A stretch of 64,000 nucleotides of DNA from Acidimicrobiales bacterium (lineage in GTDB: Bacteria; Actinomycetota; Acidimicrobiia; Acidimicrobiales; JACCXE01): contig DASZWD010000072.1 in NCBI GenBank assembly GCA_035546775.1, positions 121,021 to 185,020 of the forward strand, written 5' to 3'. Numbering within the stretch: the first letter of the stretch is position 1; each line of letters starts with the position of its first letter. This document shows, in pieces, positions 20,606 through 28,053 of this stretch. Below the pieces are notes generated by a model. The model had not been told where the DNA came from and made no database searches. It saw only the letters and a list, made by a program, of their open reading frames with translations. The position numbers and the translations under genes were made by a program.

Positions 20606-21592
20606 ATGAACGACGAGGCTCGACGCAAGATCCTGGAGAAAGTTGCCGCCGGACAGATGGATCCCGGCGATGCCGCGGACGCCCTCGCCGCCCTCGACCG
20701 CGCCACGCCCGACGACGCTCCCGGCGAGCCCGCCTCGGCGGCCGAGTCCGCTCCCCCCGCGGACGCGGCCACCGAGCGGGTCGTCGGTCGACGCGTGCGC
20801 GTCGTGCGCGTCGACGCCAACTTCCGCCCCGTCGAGATCGTCGGCGACGAGGGCGTCCAGGAAGCCGTCGCCGAAGGCACCCACCGCATCCGCTGGGAAG
20901 GCGACACGCTTGTCATCGACGGCGCCACCGGTTTCGACGACGACGAGGGCTGGGACGACGACGACAGCCACGACTTCGGCGAGTGGTTCCGCACGCGTGG
21001 CCCGCGTATGGCGCGCAGCGTCCGGTTCAGCGGGCAGTCGCCGGCGGAGTACCGGCCCAAGCCGCTACGAGTCCGCATGAACCCCGACGTCGAGCTCGAC
21101 GCCCGCGTCGAAGCGGGTCCTCTGCGCATCGTCCGGGTCAAAGCGCCGATCAAGGCGCGGGTCGCCGCGGGCCCGCTCAAGATCGAGGGCTTCGAGTCAC
21201 CCCTCGACGTGCGCGTGGCCGCCGGCAAGGTCGACGCCACCGGTCGCATCGACCACGGCGACTCCACCATCGACTGCGACGCCGGCAAGGTGCGCCTGCA
21301 CCTGACGCACGGCAGCCACGCCCGCGTCAGCGCGTCGGCGACGCTGGGCAAGGTCGACTTCGGCGGCCGCAAGGGCAAGACGAAGCGTGATTACTTCGAG
21401 GACGTGCGCGCCCACGGCATCCGCGGCGACCTCGGTGATCTGTCGGCTCTGGGCGATCGCATCTCGTCGATACTGAACAACGCCTTCTCCGACGAGCACG
21501 AAGTCGTCGTCGGCCGGGGCACCGCGACCGTCGACATTCGCGTGTCGATGGGCGCCGCCGACATCACCTTCGACGACTCTGCCGGGTCATGA
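20606..21592 (+). CDS. DUF4097/LiaG-like beta-strand repeat protein with N-terminal SHOCT-like helix
   Basis: 328 aa. N-terminus RRKILEKVAAGQMDPGDAADALAAL, an acidic/Pro linker, then repetitive beta-strand units (VEAGPLRIVRV, VAAGPLKIEGF, VAAGKVDATGRI, CDAGKVRLHL, ATLGKVDFGG). No TM segment. Confidence 0.6.
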   Translation: MNDEARRKILEKVAAGQMDPGDAADALAALDRATPDDAPGEPASAAESAPPADAATERVVGRRVRVVRVDANFRPVEIVGDEGVQEAVAEGTHRIRWEGDTLVIDGATGFDDDEGWDDDDSHDFGEWFRTRGPRMARSVRFSGQSPAEYRPKPLRVRMNPDVELDARVEAGPLRIVRVKAPIKARVAAGPLKIEGFESPLDVRVAAGKVDATGRIDHGDSTIDCDAGKVRLHLTHGSHARVSASATLGKVDFGGRKGKTKRDYFEDVRAHGIRGDLGDLSALGDRISSILNNAFSDEHEVVVGRGTATVDIRVSMGAADITFDDSAGS

Positions 21593-21972
21593 CGCCGCGC
21601 CACCACCACGCGCCGCGCGACTGCCCCGTCTGCGGGCAGCGCCTGGCGCTCACCCGCCTCTCATGCGAGGACTGCGGCACTGAGTTGTCAGGCGCTTTCG
21701 CTGCCTGCGAATTCTGCGCCCTCAACGACGAGGACCGCGATGTGCTGCGGGTCTTCCTGGCGTCGCGGGGCAACATGAAGGAAGTGGAGCGCCACCTCGG
21801 CGTCTCCTACCCCACCGCCCGCAGTCGCTTCGACGCGCTCCTCGGACGCCTCGGCCTCGCTCCGGCACCCGAGCCGGCGCCGGACGCTGCCCGCGACGAG
21901 CGCGTGGCGTTGCTGGAGAAGCTGGCGCGGGGCGAAGTCGACGTCGACGCCGCCGAAAACCTGCTCTCGTAA
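21589..21972 (+). CDS. DUF2089 family protein (zinc ribbon + HTH)
   Basis: CPVCGQRLALTRLSCEDCGTELSGAFAACEFC plus LRVFLASRGNMKEVERHLGVSYPTARSRF. ATGA overlap with the upstream gene. The C-terminus RVALLEKLARGEVDVDAAENLL repeats the upstream protein's N-terminal motif. Confidence 0.75.
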   Translation: MTPRHHHAPRDCPVCGQRLALTRLSCEDCGTELSGAFAACEFCALNDEDRDVLRVFLASRGNMKEVERHLGVSYPTARSRFDALLGRLGLAPAPEPAPDAARDERVALLEKLARGEVDVDAAENLLS

Positions 21973-22002
21973 CGCGTCACACCCCTCCGAGATAATCGAG
22001 GC

Positions 22003-22533
22003 ATGCGGTGGCTGGTCCTCCTCCTGCTGTTCCTCACGGCGTGCGACGCGTCGCGGGCGGCTACGCCCGCCGCGCCGGTCGTGGGCTCGACTCCCGCGGG
22101 CACGGCGGTCGTGTCCGAAGAGGTCGACGGCGACACGATCCACGTTCGCATCAACGGGGCCGACGAGCGCGTCCGTTTCATCGGGATGGATACGCCCGAA
22201 ACGCACGGCAAGGGTGGCTTGGTCGAGTGCTTCGGCCAGGAGGCGGCCGACCACACCGCGCAGCTGCTCCCGGTGGGCACGCCAGTGCGGCTGGTACGCG
22301 ACGCCGAGTTGCGCGACCGCTACGGCCGTCTCCTCGCCTACGTCTACCGCGCCCGCGACGGGTTGTTCGTCAACCTGGCGCTCGCGCGCGACGGCTACGC
22401 CGACGTGCTCACCTTCCCTCCCAACGTGGCGCACGCGCCGGAGTTCGTGGCTGCGGTCGCCGACGCCCGCGACCACAACCGCGGCCTGTGGCAGAAGTGC
22501 GGGTCCGCCGATGTGCCGATCGACCCCAAGTGA
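22003..22533 (+). CDS. thermonuclease (SNase) family lipoprotein
   Basis: Lipobox LLFLTAC, then VDGDTIHV...RFIGMDTPE...RDRYGRLLAYV... are staphylococcal nuclease motifs. GATAAT lies 6 nt upstream of the ATG. Confidence 0.85.
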   Translation: MRWLVLLLLFLTACDASRAATPAAPVVGSTPAGTAVVSEEVDGDTIHVRINGADERVRFIGMDTPETHGKGGLVECFGQEAADHTAQLLPVGTPVRLVRDAELRDRYGRLLAYVYRARDGLFVNLALARDGYADVLTFPPNVAHAPEFVAAVADARDHNRGLWQKCGSADVPIDPK

Positions 22534-22551
22534 GCCAATAACGTCTGCCGC

Positions 22552-23385
22552 GTGACGAACGCGGCCGCGCACCTCGGGCTTGATCCAGCGACGCCGCTCG
22601 TCATCGTGACGGCCGACGAGCTCGGCTTCGGCTACGCCAGCAACGAGGGCGTGCGCCGCGCCCTCGACCACGGCGCGGCCACCTCCGCCGGTCTGATGGT
22701 GCCGGCGCCGTGGGCCCGAGCGGCGGCGGCGGCGTATCGCGGCCAGGACGTGGGTGTCTCGCTGACCCTCAACGCCGAGCACGACCTTTACCGCTGGGGG
22801 CCGATCACGCAGGCGCCGTCGCTGCTCGACGGCGAGGGCGGCTTTCCCCGCACCCCGGCCGACCTGTGGGAGCACGCCGATGTCGACGAGGTGCGCCGCG
22901 AGCTGCGCGCCCAGCTCGAGCGCGCCGTGTTGTGGGGTTTCGACGTGAGCCACGTGTCGAGCCATCTCGACGCCGCCGTGCTGCGGCCCGAGTTCTTCGA
23001 CGTGGTGCTCGAACTGGCGCTCGACTACGCCCTCGCCCTGCGCCTGCCCAACGCCGACGTCCAGGCCGACACCGGCTTCCCCTTCCGCGAGCTCGCGGGC
23101 GACGAGGGCGTCGTCGTGCCCGACCGCGTGGTCGTGTTCCGGGGTGCGGCGGCCGACGCCTACGCGGTGATCGGCGGCCTCGAACCGGGCGTCACCGAGC
23201 TCGTCTTCAGGCCGGCCGTCGACACCGAGGAACTGCGAGCGCAGACAACCGACGCCGCTGACCGCATCGGCCACCTCGACTTGCTGTGCAGCGCCGAATT
23301 CGCCGATGCCTTGGCGGCGCGAGGCGCCGAGCGGATCTCGTGGCGCGCCCTACGCGCCGTGCAGCGTTCCCGTCACCAGGGGTGA
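22552..23385 (+). CDS. ChbG/HpnK (YdjC) family carbohydrate deacetylase
   Basis: LVIVTADELGFGYASNEGVRRALDHGAATSAGLMVPAP is the YdjC-like N-terminal pattern. 277 aa. Confidence 0.72.
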   Translation: MTNAAAHLGLDPATPLVIVTADELGFGYASNEGVRRALDHGAATSAGLMVPAPWARAAAAAYRGQDVGVSLTLNAEHDLYRWGPITQAPSLLDGEGGFPRTPADLWEHADVDEVRRELRAQLERAVLWGFDVSHVSSHLDAAVLRPEFFDVVLELALDYALALRLPNADVQADTGFPFRELAGDEGVVVPDRVVVFRGAAADAYAVIGGLEPGVTELVFRPAVDTEELRAQTTDAADRIGHLDLLCSAEFADALAARGAERISWRALRAVQRSRHQG

Positions 23386-24087
23386 GCTCGTGGGCGCTAC
23401 TGCGCCCTGGGCCCGTTCGATGGTGACCGCCAGCGTCGTGATCGGCACCTTGGCGCTGAACGAGGCCACCTTCGGGTCCGTACCCAGGATGCCGAGCGAC
23501 ACCATCTTGCCGGCGGAGTTAAGGCCCCACAGCTGATACGTGTGCGCCGCGTCGAGGCGGTGCATCGCCATGTGCAGCAGGTAGCCCTGCCCGCTCGACG
23601 TCAGCACGGCATCGGCGGCGACGGCGCCGTTCGCCGTGACCAGGTGCGCCCGGGAGCCGCCGCTGGCGCCGTAAGTACGTTCCGCCAGTGCCTGCAGGTT
23701 GGCGGTGCGCGACGGGCGCAGGTCACGAATCTCGTTGCGTTGCTGGATCAACACCGCCGAGTTGAGGGCGACGAGCAAGGCGGCAGCCACCGAGAGGGCC
23801 ACGATGAAGCGCCGGCGACGTTTGTTGGTGAACGGGAGCACCCGCGCCATGTCGGGCGGTGGCATCTCGAGGTTGGCGGCGATGCGGTCCCAGAGGCCGT
23901 CGGGCGCCGGGGCGCCGGCGTGGGCGAGGAACGACGCCGTGTCGCGGTGGTCCCGCAATTCCGCACGACAGCGCGGGCAGGTTTCGAGGTGCGACTCGAA
24001 GGCTTGGGCCTCGTCCGGGTCGAGCGCGTCGAGGGCGTAGGCCCCGACCAACTCGTGCAGGTCGTCGCTATCCATGCGCCGCGCCAT
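23350..24087 (-). CDS. rskA: anti-sigma factor, RskA-like (zf-HC2 N-terminus, one TM, extracytoplasmic RskA domain)
   Basis: AYALDALDPDEAQAFESHLETCPRCRAEL, TM segment FIVALSVAAALLVALNSAVL, and C-terminal HTYQLWGLNSAGKMVSLG typical of the anti-sigma-K domain. No gap after the sigma gene. Confidence 0.8.
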   Translation of the reverse strand: MARRMDSDDLHELVGAYALDALDPDEAQAFESHLETCPRCRAELRDHRDTASFLAHAGAPAPDGLWDRIAANLEMPPPDMARVLPFTNKRRRRFIVALSVAAALLVALNSAVLIQQRNEIRDLRPSRTANLQALAERTYGASGGSRAHLVTANGAVAADAVLTSSGQGYLLHMAMHRLDAAHTYQLWGLNSAGKMVSLGILGTDPKVASFSAKVPITTLAVTIERAQGAVAPTSSPLVTGTLHGA

Positions 24088-24669
24088 CTATGCCTCCGCT
24101 CCGACGATACCGGCGGCTCGCAGCACCACACGGAGGCGCTGCAAGCCGACCCGGATACGACTCTTGACGGTGCCCTCGGGCTCGCCCAGCAACTCGGCGA
24201 CCTCCCGATACGTGTAACCGCCGAAGTAGGCGAGCTCGATGGCGCTGCGCTCGTTTTCCGACAACTCCCCCAACGCGTCGCGTACGTGTTGCGACATCGC
24301 GAGGTCCCACACTTCGTGCTCGAGGTCGTAACCGGCCTCGGCCGTCGTGCGCCGGGCGTCGACCTCTTCGCGCCGGCGGCGGGCGCCGCTCGAGCGGGCG
24401 AGGTCGACGGCCCGGCTGTGCGCTTGGGTCAACAGGAACGACCGCAGGGTGCCGCGATCGGGGTCGAAGCGGTCGGGGTTCGACCACAACTTGAGCAGCA
24501 CCTCCTGCAGCACCTCCTCGGCCGAGTCGGTGTCGACCACGACGCGCCGCGCCAGCCCGTACACCGCGCCGGCGTGGCGGCGGTACACCTCGGCCAGGGC
24601 GTCCTGGTCGAAGCGCGCAATCGCCAACACCAGCGCGGCGTCACTGAGCTGTCGCGGATCGTCGGGCAC
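24088..24669 (-). CDS. ECF RNA polymerase sigma factor (SigK-like)
   Basis: 193 aa. Region 2 (FDQDALAEVYRRHAGAVYGLARRVV...AEEVLQEVLLKLW) and region 4 (LSENERSAIELAYFGGYTYREVAELLGEPEGTVKSRIR). Confidence 0.9.
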   Translation of the reverse strand: MPDDPRQLSDAALVLAIARFDQDALAEVYRRHAGAVYGLARRVVVDTDSAEEVLQEVLLKLWSNPDRFDPDRGTLRSFLLTQAHSRAVDLARSSGARRRREEVDARRTTAEAGYDLEHEVWDLAMSQHVRDALGELSENERSAIELAYFGGYTYREVAELLGEPEGTVKSRIRVGLQRLRVVLRAAGIVGAEA

Positions 24670-24684
24670 TGCCGTCAGTCTTCC

Positions 24685-25461
24685 TTACAGCCCCGTACCG
24701 ACGGCGACGGCGCCCTGCGTGGTGTGGAACGCCTTGGTCGGGAACTGGTCGGCCTTCAACACGCCGTTGAGCACCGCTGCGTGGCGCGCTTCGACGCCAC
24801 CGACCGACATCGCCGCGGCGTTGTAGGCGAGGTTGTCGAAGGCACCGACCGTCGACTGATACGTGGCCGCGGCCACGTTCTCGAGATCGCGAGCGAGCAT
24901 GACCACGTCGCCCTCGGTCTTGAGCGCCGCGATGCGCGCCGCCAGCGATTGCATGACAGCGGGATTCGCCGTCGTGAACGGCGTCCCGCCCGCTTCCTTC
25001 GTCGCCCCCTCGAACAACCCGGCGTGGTCCTTGTGCTGCGCCTGGAACAGCTTGGCGACGTCGGCGACCGTGGCGCTGATACCCAGCGCGCCGGCGTTGT
25101 CGATCGCCTTCTGGTAGACGTCGATGGCGACGTGCTCGAGCGAGCTGGCGGTGCGCAGGATCGCGATGTCGGTCATCGTGCCGTTGCCCTTGGCGGCCGT
25201 CGTGGCCGAAGCCGCCGACTTGTTGTCGTTCTTGCCGCAGGCGGCGAGCACGGCCGCCGACAGCACGCCGACGCCACCGATCTGGAGGAAGCGGCGGCGG
25301 TTGAGCCCGCTCAGGAGGATGTCCTGCTTCTCGACGTCGGACGCCTTGGACGACGGGTCAAGGATGCGGTTGACGAGATCGCGCATGCCGCCCATGGCGC
25401 CCTCGTGGGCGACCTGGGTTTCACGCGCTTCGCGTCGGAGGTGATCGCGGTTGATGTTCAT
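24685..25461 (-). CDS. Tat-signal ferritin-like domain lipoprotein
   Basis: NRRRFLQIGGVGVLSAAVLAACG (twin-arginine plus lipobox), then a four-helix ferritin-like pattern (DIAILRTASSLEHVAIDVY, FQAQHKDH, LENVAAATY, GGVEARHAAVL). AAGGAG lies upstream of ATG 25461. Confidence 0.7.
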   Translation of the reverse strand: MNINRDHLRREARETQVAHEGAMGGMRDLVNRILDPSSKASDVEKQDILLSGLNRRRFLQIGGVGVLSAAVLAACGKNDNKSAASATTAAKGNGTMTDIAILRTASSLEHVAIDVYQKAIDNAGALGISATVADVAKLFQAQHKDHAGLFEGATKEAGGTPFTTANPAVMQSLAARIAALKTEGDVVMLARDLENVAAATYQSTVGAFDNLAYNAAAMSVGGVEARHAAVLNGVLKADQFPTKAFHTTQGAVAVGTGL

Positions 25462-25477
25462 CGTGGGTCAGGACTCC

Positions 25478-26197
25478 TTAAGCGAGCGGGAACTTGGCGG
25501 GATCGAGCGCGGCCTTCTTGGTTTCGAAGGGCGGCAGGTAGGTCTCGTCGGTGGCCGCCAACCCGAGGACGTTGGCCAGCACGACAGCGTGGGCGCCTTC
25601 GATCGGCAAGATCGACGCCGTGAGCTTGAGGGCGTCCGCACTCTGCAATGCGCCCAGGGCGAACAGGTACGTCGCGGCGGCGGCGTTCTCGGTGTCGTAG
25701 GCGATCTTGACGACCGCCTTCTCGTCCTTGGCGGCCGACAGCTGATCGCTCAGCGCCTTGAGCAGCATCGGGTTCGTGGCGTCCTTGGCGATCTTGTTGC
25801 CCGATGCCGACTGGAACGCGTCACCGTGCTCCTTGTGGTGGCCGGCGAACATCGTGGCCGCCGCGCCAATCGCCGCGGTCGTCACCTTGCCGCTGGCCGC
25901 AGCCGCCTTGTACGCCGCGACCGCCGTGTACTCCACGGAAGCAGCGAAGGCCGCGATCGTGGCGTCGTCGAGCGTGGCGGCGTTGGCGGCCACGAGACCA
26001 CCGAGGGGCAGCACCGCGCTGCCGATGGTGACGGCGGCGCCGGTGATGGCGGCCGTCTTCATCAGGTCGCGGCGCGAGCTTGCCCGGACCTCGGCGTGCA
26101 GGTCGCGCACGTCGCCGGTCATGGTGCCCATGCCGTCGCGGTGGAGTTCGTCGACGTCGCGCAGGCGCGCTCGCAACTCCCGTTCGGTCAGTTCCAT
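25478..26197 (-). CDS. Tat-signal ferritin-like domain protein (paralogue of 24685..25461)
   Basis: ATG 26197 (MELTERELR...) with AGGAG upstream; the track start 26512 runs through the cupredoxin gene. SSRRDLMKTAAITGAAV Tat motif, then DDATIAAFAASVEYTAVAAY, FAGHHKEH, YDTENAAAATY, IEGAHAVVL. Confidence 0.7.
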   Translation of the reverse strand: MELTERELRARLRDVDELHRDGMGTMTGDVRDLHAEVRASSRRDLMKTAAITGAAVTIGSAVLPLGGLVAANAATLDDATIAAFAASVEYTAVAAYKAAAASGKVTTAAIGAAATMFAGHHKEHGDAFQSASGNKIAKDATNPMLLKALSDQLSAAKDEKAVVKIAYDTENAAAATYLFALGALQSADALKLTASILPIEGAHAVVLANVLGLAATDETYLPPFETKKAALDPAKFPLA

Positions 26198-26205
26198 CAA
26201 TGCTC

Positions 26206-26556
26206 CTATGAGGTGACGATGACGGTGCCCGTCATCGAGTTGTGGACACCGCAGATGTAGGGGTAGGTGCCGGCGGTGGTGAAGCGGTGCGAGAAGGTGG
26301 TTTGGCTCGATTGCGGACCGAACTTCGGACCGGCAACGTGCAGCGAGTCGATCTGCACCGAGTGATCGAAACTGTCCTTGTTGGTCCAGGTCACCGTGCC
26401 GCCGACGCGCACACGGATCGTTTTCGGTTGGAAGGCAAAGCTCTTCACCGTGACCGCCGCCGCGTTCGGCGTTTCGGCGCCGCCGCCGGCGCATGCTCCC
26501 AGGAGAACGCACGCAAGGCCGGCGGCGGCAACGAAACGGGGAAGCCGGGCAGTCAC
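26206..26556 (-). CDS. cupredoxin (plastocyanin/amicyanin-like) lipoprotein
   Basis: Lipobox LLGAC. Type-1 Cu ligand pattern FDHSV ... YICGVHNSMTG (His, then Cys-x2-His-x2-Met). GGAG lies upstream of GTG 26556. Confidence 0.85.
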   Translation of the reverse strand: MTARLPRFVAAAGLACVLLGACAGGGAETPNAAAVTVKSFAFQPKTIRVRVGGTVTWTNKDSFDHSVQIDSLHVAGPKFGPQSSQTTFSHRFTTAGTYPYICGVHNSMTGTVIVTS

Positions 26557-26598
26557 GGCTCTACTCCGTCGCCGCGGCGCGGCCTGGATGGAGTTTTG

Positions 26599-26790
26599 TT
26601 AGTGAGAGTTCTTGAGCAGGGCCAGAAGGGCGCGGCCGTCGCCGGCCGCCTTCACGCGGCCTTGCATGAAAGCAACGGCCAAGTCGAGCTTGCCGGCCTG
26701 TGCCAGCTCGGCGTCTTCGGGCGACGCCGTGAAGACGACTTCACCTTCGACGTCATCCGACGTCATCACCCACTGCGCGTCTTTCGGCAC
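26599..26790 (-). CDS. small SCP2-like protein (C-terminal half of an SCP2 fold)
   Basis: 63-aa track ORF. SPEDAELAQAGKLDLAVAFMQGRVKAAGDGRALLALL matches the SCP2 C-terminal pattern (G-K-L-x-x-x-x-A-F-M-x-G-K/R-x-K-x-x-G-D). GTG 26790 is in the same frame as the Mca stop 9 nt upstream. Confidence 0.55.
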   Translation of the reverse strand: MPKDAQWVMTSDDVEGEVVFTASPEDAELAQAGKLDLAVAFMQGRVKAAGDGRALLALLKNSH

Positions 26791-26796
26791 GAAGGA

Positions 26797-28053
26797 TCAG
26801 GCGCGGGAGGGAACGTCGAGGCCGGCGAAGAGATCGGTCTCGACCTCGCCTTCGCCGCGGGGCCCGCGGGCGAGGACGTAGTCGTCGTAGGGGTGGATCT
26901 CCCGCATGACTTCCTTGGGCAGGCCGAACCAGAACTTCGACGTCGGGTCGATCTGCGTGGCGTGGGCCAGCAGGGCGTCCTGGCGCACGTCCTCGAAACC
27001 GCCGAGATAGATCTGCGTCGTCGTCTCGTTGTCGGACTCGTCGGGCTTGCGGTCTTGGAACCACTTCTCGTCGAAGGGCGATTCGAGGCCGAGTTCGAGG
27101 AACTTCTCGTGCATGCCCACGACGCGCTTGAACGACCACGCCGTGTAGTAGATCTTCGAGACGGTCCAGGGCTCGCCGGCGTCGGGATACTGCGCCGGGT
27201 CGGCGGCGGCGTCGACCGCCGCCATCGTGACCTCGTGCACCCGCAGGTGGTCGGGGTGCGGGTAGCGCTCCTGCTTCTCGTGGTAGGTCACGACGACTTG
27301 GGGACGCGTGCGGCGCAGCACGGCGACGAGGCGACCCACCGCTTCTTCGAGCGGCGCCTGCGCGAACGACGCCGGGTTCCGGTTCGCCTCGCTGTCGGGC
27401 ATGCCTGAGTCGCGGTAGCCGAGCAGGACGACCTCGTCGTAGCCGATCACGTGGGCGGCGGCGTCGAGCTCGCGCATGCGCACCGCACCGATGTCGTTGC
27501 GCACCTCTTCGGTGTCCATCGCGGGGTTGAGGATGTCGCCCTCTTCGCCACCGGTGCAGCAGACCAGCACGGTGTAGACGCCTTCGGCGTGGTACTTGGC
27601 GATCGTGCCCGCGCCCTTCGATGCCTCGTCGTCGGGGTGGGCGTGCACAGTGAGGATGCAGCGACGCTCGTCCATAGCATCCACGCTAGTGGGCCGGTAA
27701 AGCATCGCTCGCGCCCGGTCCTGGTTGACGAATTCACGCTCCGGCAGCGCCCGGGTGAGTCCGGTGCGCCGCCGTGCCGTCAAGACGATGTCGCGCGCTT
27801 CGCGCGCCGCGTGGCCGATGTGGAGCAGCGCCGCCATCGCCGCCACGTCGTCGGGCGCCGGCTTCGGCTTGCGCTGTTTGGGCGCTGATACCTGGCGTTC
27901 GAGGCGCTCGATTTCGTCGTGGATGTGTTCGACGCGCATCGCCAGCTGTTCGAGCAGCGGGTCGACGTCGGCCGGGTCGTAGCCGCGATACCGCTCGCGG
28001 AAGCCGACCGTCCGCACCACGTCGGGGGTGAGATCGTCGAACTCGTAGTTCAC
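26797..28053 (-). CDS. mca: mycothiol S-conjugate amidase (PIG-L/LmbE family) with in-frame N-terminal DivIVA-domain extension
   Basis: Residues 127-418 (MDERRCILTVHAHPDDEASKGAG...YPHPDHLRVHE...) resemble Mca. Residues 1-60 (LTPDVVRTVGFRERYRGYDPADVDPLLEQLAMRVEHIHDEIERLERQV) are a DivIVA N-terminal motif. There is no stop between them. GTG 28053 overlaps the upstream stop (GTGA). Confidence 0.85.
   Translation of the reverse strand: MNYEFDDLTPDVVRTVGFRERYRGYDPADVDPLLEQLAMRVEHIHDEIERLERQVSAPKQRKPKPAPDDVAAMAALLHIGHAAREARDIVLTARRRTGLTRALPEREFVNQDRARAMLYRPTSVDAMDERRCILTVHAHPDDEASKGAGTIAKYHAEGVYTVLVCCTGGEEGDILNPAMDTEEVRNDIGAVRMRELDAAAHVIGYDEVVLLGYRDSGMPDSEANRNPASFAQAPLEEAVGRLVAVLRRTRPQVVVTYHEKQERYPHPDHLRVHEVTMAAVDAAADPAQYPDAGEPWTVSKIYYTAWSFKRVVGMHEKFLELGLESPFDEKWFQDRKPDESDNETTTQIYLGGFEDVRQDALLAHATQIDPTSKFWFGLPKEVMREIHPYDDYVLARGPRGEGEVETDLFAGLDVPSRA

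Noticed and set aside
26797-26799. Genome-wide UGA reassignment as an explanation for the coding-like sequence in frame after the UGA stops of mca (26797-26799) and rsfS (56858-56860).
   Set aside because: TGA clearly terminates many genes here, including numerous ATGA/GTGA/TTGA stop-start junctions where family-typical C-termini end. Only local readthrough or gene splitting remains plausible.
28037-28053. A TCGAAC...GTTC-like sequence (TCGAACTCGTAGTTCAC) at the start of the DivIVA::Mca ORF, considered as a third LexA box.
   Set aside because: The half-sites are spaced N5 rather than N4 and the right arm is degenerate. The sequence also lies within coding sequence of the upstream gene.
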